Shown in pieces: positions 49,601 through 64,000 of a stretch of 64,000 nt of DNA. Below the pieces are notes generated by a model. It worked only from the letters and a program-made list of their open reading frames with translations. It made no database searches and was not told the DNA's origin. This DNA is from Convolutriloba macropyga (Eukaryota), in contig NC_134468.1 in assembly GCF_964194025.1 (NCBI RefSeq), positions 38,254,001 through 38,318,000 of the forward strand. The letters are read 5' to 3'. The translations under genes and the position numbers were made by a program. Numbering within the stretch: the stretch's first letter is position 1; each line of letters begins with the position of its first letter.

Positions 49601-51169
49601 ATCGCACTGTCCAAAAATCTTATGAACATGTTTTTGGAGAAATTAATTGGTCTTTGGAATTGATTGTGCTATTGCTGAAAAAAATCTGACATAATTGCTA
49701 TCGAAAAAAATATTACTATAGTTAAAAAATGTAACAAGAGTTTTTTTCAATCTCAACTGTTTCTGTATTATTTTACACAGTACAAATTGAGTTCTAAAAA
49801 ATGGGATCTTAAATGGAAAAAATCCATTCAAGATCTTCGTATTAAAGAATAGACCCGAATCCCGAATGAAAACACAAACTTTGCTAACAAATAGACAAAA
49901 TTTAGAATAAAAGAAGCCTGTAGAAAATACAAAAATCTACTAATTTGATTTATTTTAACTTTGAATGATTTCGTTGGCGTACAAATGACAAACATAATTC
50001 TACCTAGAAATGTTGAGTGACAACAATTGCATAACTTTGGCTACTGTTTGCTAATTACACCAGGAAGTTTTGTCACTTTTATCGCCACTCTTTGTATAGC
50101 TGTGTGAATGATAAAAGAGTAGCGGAACTTGTTGGTCTATAATAATTGAGCAATTTGACTACACTCTGTTGAGATTCTTCGGGTGTTTAAATTTTACGTA
50201 TTTCGTTAGTTATGGAGCCCCCATAAAGCTTTTCAACACCTGAGGTTGAAGAATTGCAACAACCTAAAATTGCGATAACAGCTGTGTGATAACATGGACT
50301 AAGGTGTCCTTGTGGTTGACTCGGAGTGTTCTTTAAGCTCTCATGCAAAATATTTTAAAGTAGTTGAGGTTTAGAAAATTGTATGTTAGCTGGTGAGCTC
50401 AAACGCCTCAAATTTTTGAGACTGTTTTCTTCCATAGAACAAATAACTTCTGCTGGATAAGACACCACTCGAAGAGACAAAACAGTTTGGATCTTTTCAA
50501 CAATGCCCCCCCTTTGGTACCTAGAGAATCACCCCCCCCCCCTTCTGTGCTATGTTTTACCACAATATTACTTGGCCTATACTTTCGATAGCCGAATATT
50601 AGTTTAAGCGCAATTGCGGACCGCTGTTCATGGCCATGCCTCTCATCGGTTGTGGGATGTAATCCAGAAATCGCGGGTCGGTTATCCGCGCGCCAACCGA
50701 CCAGCCAGTCTGAAATTCTTTCGCTTTGCATTCCAATTCGGCTGATTAACATAACATGGCGCATTTTAATCTATTCAGTTTACATAGTATACGCGTACGT
50801 GGAAAGTTATTTGTCGTCTCTGATTGGTTAATAAATCGCTCGCTTATATTCTTTTTAAGAATAGCCCCCCTTTGCAAAAGGAGGGGGGCATGTGTTCAAA
50901 AGATCCAAATGTTTTATGAACAATATAGTTTTATTATAAATACCAGCCATTTGTGAGCATGGTAGTGTTGGCAACGGCTAAACATTGAATGCATAAATAA
51001 GCAAAAAAATTTTCTCTATGGAAAACGCGGAGTCAAAAATGTCTTTGAAAAACTTTATTTTCAACTAGTAAATTCTAATTCTACCTGTCTATAACTTATA
51101 GCTCATATTAGACTGCCAATTCCTTATCAAGCTTTTGGTTTTCTCTAAGAATGCTCTTCTTTAACAAAA

Positions 51170-53152
51170 TTATTGTTCCGACGTCCTTTTTGCTCAGTCA
51201 ATTTTGGCCGATCGGTATATTCATTGTAGAGACTTGTGAGCGGTATCATTAAAAGCACGTACATCCTAGAAAATTGAATTAAAAAACTTTTTTCAAATTT
51301 CGTTTTTTACAGGGAGTTTTCGAGGATTAAAATTTTGTGAATAATGGAGTTTTTATTCACATTTTCAGCATTTTTAGCTAAAATTTGGCACAATTTTGCC
51401 AATATAATTAAAAATAAGTAAAAATTTTTAACAGTAGAGTGTTTTTGCTACCGTTATAGATGGAAGAGAATTGCAGAATTGTTTGGTTGGAGTTCCTTTG
51501 TGACTTTTTGTGACTTGTTATATTATTTCTGTCAAGTTTTAGCTTATTCTCAGTAAATACAAGTCGAATTTTCCTTCCCAAATGATACAAATTGTTTTTG
51601 TGGCAAATAGTTTTAAAAGAGCGGTTTCTTGGTTTTGAAACTCCCAGTTGTCATACACAAATTTTTGATTTTTGTGCATAATTGCCCATTTTTGGTGTTG
51701 TTTTTGTTTCTTTGGTAAGTTGTGACGTCACTCAACAAATTAAGTACTATATATACTGGCCAACTATATATTTCATAAATGAATTTAATAACGGATAACT
51801 GTATATAGCTATTGGTTTTATTGACTTTCAATATAAGTTTTTTCAAAAAAAAAAGTAAAAGTGTTCTTCATTTTTGTCTCTTTTTGTTCTAGTTTGCTTT
51901 ATTATTTTACAATGTAATATATTCGTAACTCAGCCTCTTTATTGGGAGATTTCCTTAATGTTTTGTTGAACCAAACAATCTTTTTCTGTTGGTTAAACCT
52001 GTTTCTTCAGGGCTTAAGACAATTTGTTTCGCACTTTGTGGAACTTAATTACTTTTCGATTTTTGTGGGTTTTTTGCTGTATTTTTGAGATGTTTGTCTT
52101 ACAAACAGCTTTATGTTGAATGAAGAAAAAAAATAAAATTTAGTTTTCTCGTGGCTAATATTTTATAAATTTAATGGCTTCAACACTGTGGTTTTGTAAA
52201 GTTATTTGTAAAATTTTTTTAGTTCTATTTGTATTCATCGTTATTTTATAGTCTTTTGACTTAGTCTCACCTATAACAGTCGCACTTAGTTTTCAAAGAA
52301 GTTACAAAATAAACTGCCTACTCTTTTAGTCGAAAGCTTATGTTGGCGTTAAATTTTGATATCACTTGTTTTTTTAAAAAAGAAAATGGATTTCAGATAT
52401 TTGCCAATCTTACTTCTGTTAACTTGTACCTTAGCATCTCTATAGACAAGTCACATCCCTTATCTGCTGAAATATAGTCTGTTGTTCATAACGGTTTTAT
52501 TTTCCTCAAATTATCTTTGTACATGGTACAACCAATTTTAATAAAATATTCGTGATTTTCGCAGGTTCGCCCCTTTTTTGTAGATTTTTGTTTTCTTTTC
52601 ACAGTATCACAAAAATGGGCGGTCCTCTGGTCATTTGAAGAAACGCAATCATGAATTTTCAATGTTGTCTTGTGAAAAGTCTAGTGTTTAATTGGCTGGG
52701 ATAGCGTTTTCGTGCAAATTTTCTTTTTGCCTGTTTTTCTTTTTGACCTATCCTGGATAATGAAAGGTCTCAATCGCTCTCTATGAAGGTATAAAAGAAT
52801 TTCTCACGGATTTCGTTTGATGCATAATGTTTCTAATCAGTTTGACATTTATTCTTTTCAAAATTTTGTAATTAAAGGTTTTCAAAAAATTTGCAAAGAG
52901 TTTTGTTCGTAATTAATATTTGTAATTATTTGGTTTTTACCGCCATCATTGCTGGTAGTCATATTATGGCTGTTACAGGTCTCGCCGGCCCTCTAAGGTA
53001 GATTGTTTTTTTTTCAATTAGTAGTTTGTTGATCGATATGTTGATATGTTAATTTTTTTTATCCCTTCCTCATTTGGTAGACAATAAGTGAAAAATGTAG
53101 ATGAGGGGGGTCGGAACTTTGTGTGCGAACGCACATTACCAAGCCTTTTTTT
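51170..53152 (+). mobile_element. HINE-like element, copy B
   Basis: 5' TTATTGTTCCGAC (the following hairpin is deleted), then the shared core caattttggccgatcg...ggtatcattaaaa. 3' GGGGTCGGAAC plus hairpin GTGCG-aa-CGCAC (53123-53134) and a T-run. Confidence 0.7.
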
Positions 53153-53321
53153 AGTGACATACATGGCCAACACTTTTTTCTAGGGATCTGACTTCCATGG
53201 AAATTTTTTTCATTAATCTTACATTGTTTGAACCCAGATAATTTTGAAAATTTGATAATTTTGCAATTCGAGATAAATGTTTGAAAAAGCTTGAGAAAGC
53301 TGAAATTTTGAACAAATAACT

Positions 53322-55964
53322 AACAAGGCGGCTCGGCAATGTGCGATCGCACATAAGGTTCCGACGCTGATCATCCACAATTTCGGCATATTTGTCTACC
53401 AAATGAGAAACAGATGGAAAAACACAAAAAAATTTAAGTATTTTTTAAAAAAAAACTGGTGTATGAACGAAAAGATAGCCTCCAAAGCAGAAAACTCAGT
53501 GGAGTAAAAATGATGCATTAAATTGTTGAGCGGCAAAAAAAGATGAGCGAAGACGAACGGCAAAATCAAACAACAACAACAAACATTAATTACATCAGAA
53601 AGTTTAAGTCCGTTTTAAAAAACGAAACTTAATAGCAAAGTCAAAATAGCGTCAGATAAAACTGGAAATAAACAAAATAACTTTCAATTCACCAGAAAAA
53701 ATGGTTATTCACCAGTTCCTAATAGAGCTTGGTAACAATTAGACAAAAAAGAACAAACTTTAAAGTTAGAAAATTCGCTGATTTTTTTAAAAAAAAAAAA
53801 ATTAATCTCAAAGTAATGAAAACCATGAGGAATCAACTAAAATATCCCATAAGATTAAAATTACCAATGCTTCTAAAGAAGGGAATTAAGAACTTTTGGT
53901 ATTCAATTTTTTATGCAGTTACAAAAAGAACAACAAACAGACAACAAACTAAAAATCAATTAAAACTTGCCAGAAAATTCTTTTTAAGCCGTAAAGTCAT
54001 ACTTTGGCCCACAAAATATGTTTGATTGCAACTTCGTCGAACAAGAATAATGTATTATGTGGCGGCTCTTTATTGAAAATAAGCAACAATTAGACAAAAA
54101 AGAAAAAAATGCAAAATTATGTAATACTTGTTTTTTTTCGAAAACAATTTATTTCAAAAGACATAAAAGCCATTAATTACAAAATGAAAAATTTGAAAAG
54201 GTTCGTCCATTCTTCCAAAGGAAACCCTGAGACTATTATGCAATTATCCAGAATATGTCTTACGTCTACAAAAAGCTCGTGAAATATGACAAAAATCAAA
54301 AATTCATTTGTTTTTTTTTGTGAATAACCCGTGTCGAAGCCAGTAAAGTCATAACGAATTCTTTAAAAACTTTGGATTTGTGAAACAAATCCCTTTTGAC
54401 ACCTTCCCTTGACAAAAATAATGTCATCTTTAAACTTTATTTAACGAGACCAGGTAATAAACGGACAATAAAAGAAACAAAATTGGGAAGTTGAAATGTT
54501 TTTTTTTTTTCATTTTGAAAAAACAATTGTTTTCAAAGTCATGAAAGCCATTATCTATCTTCTAATGTCAGAACATCGGCTCATCTACTCTTCCAGGAAA
54601 AGCCAATCAAACCAGACCATGGTACAGGAAATTAAATACGACTAAAAAGACAAAGTAAAACCGACAGTTAGACAAAATTAAAAATTCAATTAAATTCTTC
54701 GAGAAAGTACTGTCGAAGCGGAAAAGAACCATATATATCTTTAAGGATTTAAAAATTATCAATTGTGGGTTTTTTTAACGCGAAAAGTGTGTTATATGAA
54801 CTGACAATAACGTGATAATGTGACAAAACTAGAAAACAAGAAAAATGGTCAAATACCTAAAAATTAAAAAAAAAATTGTGAAATCTAGTAGTATCAAAGC
54901 CGGAACACCATAACTTAATAAAACCGCAAAAAATACTAAATCTGAATTCAGAAAGAAGGAGCAATCTTTGATTGCTTACACTAAGCTAGAAGTTGACCAA
55001 ATTAAGAGAAAAATGGAGTCAAAGCTCAAAAAGCCATTTATTATTTAAATATCAAATATTTTAAAAGTCAAAACGACCATAAGCTTTCAAGCAATCAACT
55101 AGATAAATTAATTTTTAGCCAATTAGGAAGCCAGTAGGACCTATCACTAGTGAGCTCTGATTTTAAATGTTCTGTTATTTAATTATTATGAAAAAATCGA
55201 ATTTTTTAAATAAAAAATCCACTGACGACAATCCGAGTTATTTTTGGATTGTAACGGTCCAAGATTGGTACAGAACTTTTCCTGCTAATGCTGATTGTCC
55301 ATTAGGAATATTTAATTTTTGGAATGTCATTGATATAGATATTTTGTTAGTTAAAAAATCAAAAATAAATGCTGCGTTTTTGATAATCAACGAATATAGT
55401 TAGCAAAAAACGGCAAAGTTTTATTTACAGAGCACTCTCAACGGAAGTTGAAGTGGAATAAACCCCCCTTTTGAGTCTACAGAGATTGTGTTCGTGGTGT
55501 GTACTTACTGCAAATTTAATCAAAGTGGACTAAAGAAACTTATTTCGTGCTGTTTTTACTGAAAAAGTCTGAATTTTGTGAAACATTTAGCCGGAATTTG
55601 TGACAAAAAAAATTCAATGAAAATAACTCACAGTATATTCTGTCTTTAAACGTAAAATCAACAACATTTGTTGGATAAATTTTATCAAAATTGGTGAAAT
55701 TTTGGTCAAAAATGCCGAAAAAAGGTGAATGAAATAAACGGAATTCATTCTATTTTCTCGAAAGTTTAAACCTCGATATCACCCTGTCAAAAACGAAAAT
55801 CAAAAAATCTTTTTTATTCCATATTCTACGCTGGACAAGCTTTCTAATGATACCAGTCTCAACTCGCTACGATGAATATATCGATCGGCCAAAATTGACT
55901 GAACAAAAAAAAACCCATTTGAGTATATAGTTCCTCCCCCCCTCAAGAGCGGTCGGAACAATAA
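53322..55964 (-). mobile_element. HINE-like element, copy C (tail-to-tail with B)
   Basis: Minus strand 5' TTATTGTTCCGACC...GGGGAGGAACTATATACTCAAAT, as in copy A. The 3' end is GTCGGAAC plus ATGTGCGATCGCACAT plus CCTTGTT. Confidence 0.75.
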
Positions 55965-58900
55965 CTCATCTGGTTGTGAGGAGCAATTCACGCCTCGGGG
56001 CTTTTATGGTTTAATCAGCAGAGAACAATCATGAGTTTGGGTATATTTTACAAAGTACATTTTTCATCTTATTTTCTTCATATTAGAGGTCACGGTTTAA
56101 AAGATTTTTGGTGACAAAGTGAGCTAATTGTCGTGTAACTCTCAGAGATTGTACAAGTAAAAGAAAGTTCAAACGTATGCTATTGAAGTAAGTTTACTAT
56201 TGTTCAAAAGTAAGCTATACTGAATATAATAAACATTTTACTTAAAACATTCATACCTGGTTCGAGTTAACCAATGCTCTGGGGCTTTTCTCTCATTGGC
56301 TTTGGCTTTGTGGTTTTGGAGGTGTGTATTTTTGAAGAGACGATTAAATTAGTTAAGCTCAGGTCGAAAAGCAATATTTGTCTTTTCAAGTTACACAATA
56401 AACTTTTCATAATGTAAGTTTACATCCAAAACTCCCAAGAATGAGTCAAAGGCCCTCAACAAAGAGCGAACTAAGTTAATTGTGGGTTCCTGCGTAATCG
56501 CAGCGGAACAGCATTAGGCCTACAGTAGCCTGTTCTGAGCTGTCCTTTTTTATTATTATTCCCCACATTTCAGATTGATCTTTTTTTGAGCAGCATTGCT
56601 CTTTTTTGGTGACTATAGCCACTTTTTTTGCGTCTGAAACTTTCACGTGGTACCTACCATCATTGCAGCCAACATTGGTCGTGCTATGGTCAACCTGAAG
56701 CTATGGTTAAATATGAGCTCAACTTCACACTATTTTTTATGGAAATTTTTCTGTAAAATCATTAAAATTCTGGAAGAGTTTCTCTTGTATAGATCTTCTG
56801 AATATGACAACACTGTTGTTATCGCAATTCAGAAGTCATCAAGTCGAAGCGGAGTTGTCGACCAACTTCGAGGGGCGATAACAACCGTGTTTTAATGTTT
56901 TTAATCAACTTTGGCTGCTTTGCCTCCGAGCTTGATAAATTCTCTACAGCAGTAACAAACGAATGTCACTTCTCGAATGTAACAACCGTGTGGTAATATT
57001 CTGCCTCTTTTCACAGCAAATTTGCACGTGCACAAAAGTTTGAACGTGAACTATTTCAATTCAAAAGCGCCAACTACAATTTTCAGCAAAAATTTAGCTA
57101 TGTGCCGTGAGGTCTTGAGTTTTAGCATTTGAGAACATTGCTATGAGGTTTAAAAACGAGAAAACAATTAATAGATAATTAAGACCCATATTAGCAAAAT
57201 ATAATTTCATCTCAAAGAAGTATTCTAGAAGACTACGTTGAGCTTTTTGGCCCATTGATGTGACCAAATTTATGTGTGTAGCCACAGAACTTGTACTTTC
57301 TTCTGAATAATCAACATTAAATTTAAAAAACAAATTTAATATCAGTTTTTCTAACGTTTGATCAGAAAAATGTGAAGCTTGTTCTCATTTTGATACCAAA
57401 ATTTAACAATATTTAACAATTTAGCAAATCTTGTTGTCCTAACTAAAGCGATGTCATGTCCGCAAAAAACAGTCCTATAGACGAAAAACTTCGAGACAAA
57501 TCAGCCCTACGTGTGAATTATTTATAATTTTGTGAAATGTGACGACGAACTAATATTGAAAAATAATGAACTCCTGGGACGCTTTGACACTTTGACAATA
57601 ATCTTGTGTAACTCACAAATTTTAGGTTTACTTTTAGCAGTATGCAGGGATATCCGCCTTCTCTTTGATCTAGCCGTCAGAATATTCAGTGACGTCTTGA
57701 AGCTATTCCTTTTAACTTCCTTCATTTGCTAAATGTCATTTCATATTTACAAGTGTTAATTTTCCCCTAAACTGAACAAAAATTGTTGGCACAAATTGAC
57801 TGATGAATGGGTGGATGTGAGCTTTCAAAGAAGGATTAAACAATTTGTGAGCATTGTTTTGAGATTTGTTGTTTTTGTTGGAATTAGCTTCAGGCGTGAA
57901 TCTCTAAAAGCACTATTAGCGAGAGCGTAGGTTTTTGGCTTGTTCTCCAAAAATAGCCATTAAGGCTAATTACACGTGACGCATGAGCACACAAATTCTT
58001 GTGGTGTTTGAATGAAAAGAAGCACACCACCATATATTAGTTCTGTAAAACTGACGTCTTATATCTTGTTACCAAATAACTTTTGAGATTCACTTCATCA
58101 ATGCATTAAGAAATTACATTCAAAATTTTGAACTTAGTTTACGTAACTTGAGAATGCTACTTTTGACACTGTGTGATAAATCGTCCTTGGCCAGGTTTGA
58201 GTGCGGATGGTTTGACATCGAATGAACAGAGTCCCCTTTTATATTAGTGAGCATACCTTAATGGGGTCAGTGGTAATTTCAATGAGAGTAATTACTTACT
58301 TACTCACGTACAAAGAGGGCAACTTGTCCGAATATAAACAATCACTTCAAACAATAACCAAGTAAGAAACTTTAAATAACTTCATTTTTTACGCTGAAGC
58401 GAAAATTGGGTTTGATTCTCTTTCTCAATATAGTACTGATTTCTATGCGTTATTTATTGTTAGTTATAAGTTATTTTATTAAATATTAGGGTCAACTTCA
58501 GAAACCTGACTATAAGTTCTGTAGAGGGATTCTGTAGAGGGACTATAAGTTCTGTTATAAAGTACCTGGGGCGGGGGGGGAGGGGTTGGGTGGGCACTAA
58601 CAGAAAAAGTGTTTGTAAAGATCTGGTCTGATGGCAAGCAGGTTTAGGCTTCGACTTATGAAAAGACTATGCTCGACCCCAAAACTGAAAAGACCACGAT
58701 CGACCAAATTTGTCCATGAAAAGACTTTTGGCTGCTCTACTTTAGTGATCATCTAGACTTTAGTTTGACGCAATTGTAATACTGGACTTTACCTCGACCC
58801 AAAATCGTTACGTGGAACTAAAAGTTCTACATTTACTTTAGATTATTGAATAAAACGTAATCAAGGAACTGTGCCATATTAATAATAATCAAAATTTTCG

Positions 58901-59617
58901 TTTTTTTGTAGTCAAAATGACCGAAAAATAAGAAATTAGACTAATTGTTTAGGTAATCAAGAATGTTAGATTTATACTAACTTGTTCTATTTAGCCGAAC
59001 AACTACTTAATATAGCCTACTTGCGAAAAACAATGTTTTCCTTTACTTCAACTAATTATCAACAACTAATAATTTTGTTTTTGCTTGAATTTTTGGTACG
59101 ATTCAAACAGTTTTTTATGTTAGACTGCCTGGCTTTGCTTGTGGATTCTCGAGCATCCAAAAAAATAAATGCGAATAACTCACTAAAAATGCCAAAACGT
59201 TTCTTGACCATTGAAAGGACCATGCTCGACCTCAACTTTTTAAAAGACCCTAGCTTTATACCACTAGAATTATAAAGTATTTTTATAAGTTGAAAGCTGA
59301 GGTCTAAAACTGGACAGTTAAAGCTTTCGCAAGTTTGTGATCAACTGCAGTAATGTGAGACTTCATCGCCGTGATATTATACAAAAGGACTTTAGGTAAC
59401 AAAAAGTCTGCAATAATTTGCTCATGATATTAAGTTTTGTTTAACTTTCAAAAAGTCAACTGGTATGCTCATTAGCAGCTGTTCATTGGCGCCCATCAAG
59501 TTGACTACACATTGAATGACATATTTTCCAGATATTTATATATGCCCGAATCTTCTAGAAGATTTACCGTCAGTTTTACGATTCCTTTTACGCTACCATC
59601 AAAGAGTGCAATAATAA

Positions 59618-62600
59618 CGTTATAGATAGAAGAGAATTGCAGAATTGTTTGGTTGGAGTTCCTTTGTGACTTTTTGTGACTTGTTATATTATTTCTGTCA
59701 AGTTTTAGCTTATTCTCAGTAAATACAAGTCGAATTTTCCTTCCCAAATGATACAAATTGTTTTTGTGGCAAATAGTTTTAAAAGAGTGGTTTCTTGGTT
59801 TTGAAACTCCCAGTTGTCATACACAAATTTTTGATTTTTGTGCATAATTGCCCATTTTTGGTGTTGTTTTTGTTTCTTTGGTAAGTTGTGACGTCACTCA
59901 ACAAATTAAGTACTATATATACTGGCCAACTATATATTTCATAAATGAATTTAATAACGGATAACTGTATATAGCTATTGGTTTTATTGACTTTCAATAT
60001 AAGTTTTTTCAAAAAAAAAGTAAAAGTATTCTTCATTTTTGTCTCTTTTTGTTCTAGTTTGCTTTATTATTTTACAATGTAATATATTCGTAACTCAGCC
60101 TCTTTATTGGGAGATTTCCTTAATGTTTTGTTGAACCAAACAATCTTTTTCTGTTGGTTAAACCTGTTTCTTCAGGTCTTAGACAATTTGTTTCGCACTT
60201 TGTGGAATTTAATTACTTTTCGATTTTTGTGGGTTTTTTGCTGTATTTTTGAGATGTTTGTCTTACAAACAGCTTTATGTTAAATGAAGAAAAAAAATAA
60301 AATTTAGTTTTCTCGTGGCTAATATTTTATAAATTTAATGGCTTCAACACTGTGGTTTTGTAAAGTTATTTGTAAAATTTTTTTAGTTCTATTTGTATTC
60401 ATCGTTATTTTATAGTCTTTTGACTTAGTCTCACCTATAACAGTCGCACTTAGTTTTCAAAGAAGTTACAAAATAAACTGCCTACTCTTTTAGTCGAAAG
60501 CTTATGTTGGCGTTAAATTTTGATATCACTTGTTTTTTTAAAAAAGAAAATGGATTTCAGATATTTGCCAATCTTACTTCTGTTAACTTGTACCTTAGCA
60601 TCTCTATAGACAAGTCACATCCCTTATCTACTGAAATATAATCTGTTGTTCATAACGGTTTTATTTTCCTCAAATTATCTTTGTACATGGTACAACCAAT
60701 TTTAATAAAATATTCGTGATTTTCGCAGGTTCGCCCCTTTTTTGTAGATTTTTGTTTTCTTTTCACAGTATCACAAAAATGGGCGGTCTTCTGGTCATTT
60801 GAAGAAACGCAATCATGAATTTTCAATGTTGTCTTGTGAAAAGTCTAGTGTTTAATTGGCTGGGATAGCGTTTTCGTGCAAATTTTCTTTTTGCCTGTTT
60901 TTCTTTTTGACCTATCCTGGATAATGAAAGGTCTCAATCGCTCTCTATGAAGGTATAAAAGAATTTCTCACGGATTTCGTTTGATGCATAATGTTTCTAA
61001 TCAGTTTGACATTTATTCTTTTCAAAATTTTGTAATTAAAGGTTTTCAAAAAATTTGCAAAGAGTTTTGTTCGTAATTAATATTTGTAATTATTTGGTTT
61101 TTACCGCCATCATTGCTGGTAGTCATATTATGGCAGTTACAGGTCTCGTCGGCCCTCTAAGGTAGATTGTTTTTTTTCAATTAGTAGTTTGTTGATCGAT
61201 ATGTTGATATGTTAATTTTATTTATCCCTTCCTCATTTGGTAGACAATAAGTGAAAAATGTAGATGAGGGGGGTCGGAACTTTGTGTGCGAACGCACATT
61301 ACCAAGCCTTTTTTTAGTGGCGTACATGGCCGACACTTTTTTCTATGGATCTGACTTCCATGGAAATTTTTTTCATTAATCTTACATTGTTTGAACCCAG
61401 ATAATTTTGAAAATTTGATAATTTTGCAATTCGAGATAAATGTTTGAAAAAGCTTAAGAAAGCTGAAATTTTGAACAAATAACTAAAAAGGCGGCTCGGC
61501 AATGTGCGATCGCATATAAGGTTCTGACGCTGATCATCCACAATTTTGGCATAATTGTCTACCAAATGAGAAACAGATGGAAAAACACAAAAAAATTTAA
61601 GTATTTTTAAAAAAAAAACTGGTGTATGAACGAAAAGATAGCCTCCAAGCAGAAAACTCAGTGGAGTAAAAATGATACATTAAATTGTTGAGCGGCAAAA
61701 AAAGATGAGCGAAGACGAACGGCAAAATCAAACAACAACAACAAACGTTAATTACATCAGAAAGTTTAAGTCCGTTTTAAAAAACGAAACTTAATAACAA
61801 AGTCAAAATAGCGTCAGATAAAACTGAATATAAACAAAATAACTTTCAATTCACCAGAAAAAATGGTTATTCACCAGTTCCTAATAGAGCTTGGTAACAA
61901 TTAGACAAAAAAGAACAAACTTTAAAGTTAGAAAATTCTCTGATTTTATAAAAAAAAAAAAATTAATCTCAAAGTAATGAAAACCATGAGGAATCAACTA
62001 AAATATCCCATAAGATTAAAATTACCAATGCTTCTAAAGAACGGAATTAAGAACTTTTGGTTTTCAATTTTTTATGCAGTTACAAAAAGAACAACAAACA
62101 GACAACAAACTAAAAATCAATTAAAACTTGCCAGAAAATTCTTTTTAAGCCGTAAAGTCGTACTTTGGCCCCCAAAATATGTTTGATTGCAACTTCGTCG
62201 AACAAGAATAATGTATTATGTGGCGGCTCTTTATTGAAAATAAGCAACAATTAGACAAAAAAGAAAAAAATGCAAAATTATGTAATACTTGTTTTTTTTT
62301 CGAAAACAATTTATTTCAAAAGACATAAAAGCCATTAATTACAAAATGAAATATTTGAAAAGGTTCGTCCATTCTTCCAAAGGAAACCCTGAGACTATTA
62401 TGCAATTATCCAGAATATGTCTTACGTCTACAAGAAGCTCGTGAAATATGACAAAAATCAAAAATTCATTTGTTTTTTTTTGTGAAAAACCCGTGTCGAA
62501 GCCAGTAAAGTCATAACGAATTCTTTAAAAACATTGGATTTGTGACACAAATCCCTTTTGACACCTTCCCTTGACAAAAAAAATGTCATCTTTAAACTTT

Positions 62601-64000
62601 ATTTAACGAGACCAGGTAATAAACGGACAATAAAAGGAACAAAATTGGGAAGTTGAAATGTTTTTTTTTTCATTTTGAAAAAACAATTGTTTTCAAAGTC
62701 ATGAAAGCCATTATCTATCTTCTAATGTCAGAACATCGGCTCATCTACTCTTCCAGGAAAAGCCAATCAAACCAGGCCATGGTACAGGAAATTAAATACG
62801 ACTAAAAAGACAAAGTAAAACCGACAGTTAGACAAAATTAAAAATTCAATTAAATTCTTCGAGAAAGTACTGTCTAAGTGGAAAAGAACCATATATATCT
62901 TTAAGGATTTAAAAATTATCAATTGTGCGTTTTTTTAACGCGAAAAGTGTGATATATGAACTGACAATAACGTGATAATGTGACAAAACTAGAAAACAAG
63001 AAAAATGGTCAAATACCTAAAAATTAAAAAAAAAATTGTGAAATCTAGTAGTATCAAAGCCGGAACACCATAACTTAATAAAACCGCAAAAAATACTAAA
63101 TCTGAATTCAGAAAGAAGGAGCAATCTTTGATTGCTTACACTAAGCTAGAAGTTGACCAAATTAAGAGAAAAATGGAGTCAAAGCTCAAAAAGCCATTTA
63201 TTATTTAAATATCAAATATTTTAAAAGTCAAAACGACCATAAGCTTTCAAGCAATCAACTAGATAAATTAATTTTTAGCCAATTAGGAAGCCAGTAGGAC
63301 CTATCACTAGTGAGCTCTGATTTTAAATGTTCTGTTATTTAATTATTATGAAAAAATCGAATTTTTTAAATAAAAAATCCACTGACGACAATCCGAGTTA
63401 TTTTTGGATTGTAACGGTCCAAGATTGGTACAGAACTTTTCCTGCTAATGCTGATTGTCCATTAGGAATATTTAATTTTTGGAATGTCATTGATATAGAT
63501 ATTTTGTTAGTTAAAAAATCAAAAATAAATGCTGCGTTTTTGATAATCAACGAATATAGTTAGCAAAAAACGGCAAAGTTTTATTTACAGAGCACTCTCA
63601 ACGGAAGTTGAAGTGGAATAAACCCCCCTTTTGAGTCTACAGAGATTGTGTTCGTGGTGTGTACTTACTGCAAATTTAATCAAAGTGGACTAAAGAAACT
63701 TATTTCGTGCTGTTTTTACTGAAAAAGTCTGAATTTTGTGAAACATTTAGCCGGAATTTGTGACAAAAAAAATTCAATGAAAATAACTCACAGTATATTC
63801 TGTCTTTAAACGTAAAATCAACAACATTTGTTGGATAAATTTTATCAAAATTGGTGAAATTTTGGTCAAAAATGCCAAAAAAAGGTGAATGAAATAAACG
63901 GAATTCATTCTATTTTCTCGAAAGTTTAAACCTCGATATCTCCCTGTCAAAAACGAAAATCAAAAAATCTTTTTAATTCCATATTCTACGCTGGACAAGC
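59618..64000 (+). repeat. Near-identical direct duplicate of 51452-55840 (HINE B+C pair), running off the window end
   Basis: Offset is ~8160. ORFs 55167 and 63327 translate identically; scattered SNPs and 1-bp indels occur elsewhere. Confidence 0.97.

Noticed and set aside
51170-55964. Single cut-and-paste DNA transposon with TIRs
   Set aside because: Each end has its own internal 3' partner (subTIR plus hairpin at ~53110 and ~53360), the same 5' end occurs singly at 2957, and there is no TSD or transposase.
56250-57730. Possible exons or a decayed gene
   Set aside because: There are some splice-like sites and short ORFs, but no coherent frame or family motif.
1-64000. Remaining 60-120 aa ORFs as genes
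   Set aside because: Most have non-ATG starts and F/K/L/I-rich translations of AT-rich repeat DNA, or are off-frame pieces of the pseudogenes listed above.

Overview
AT-rich, gene-poor eukaryotic (most likely invertebrate) DNA made almost entirely of mobile-element relics; I cannot support any intact host gene. All protein-family calls come from hand translation and recognition of remembered family motifs, not from database searches. (1) A ~20 kb decayed Polinton/Maverick (adintovirus-like) endogenous virus lies at ~22445-42596. It has 0.8-0.9 kb terminal inverted repeats (TIRs) containing a 29-bp tandem array. Its frameshifted genes include protein-primed PolB (+), a packaging-ATPase stub (+), and a minus-strand module of integrase, minor capsid, small basic core protein, major capsid and cysteine protease, which carries nested tandem duplications. 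Two shortened copies of the left TIR plus flank lie in tandem upstream. (2) A structurally complete, pol-less LTR retroelement on the minus strand spans 12682-19277, with TG..CA LTRs of 2.0 and 2.5 kb, TTAGT target duplication, a tRNA-Asn-like PBS and a PPT. Its only ORF is an intact ~487-aa Gag-like protein whose two capsid-like segments are separated by a ~300-aa acidic insert. (3) Three members of a Helentron/DINE-1-like non-autonomous family are present; two are tail-to-tail and were recently co-duplicated. (4) There is a possible MULE transposase relic, plus several tandem and diverged repeats.
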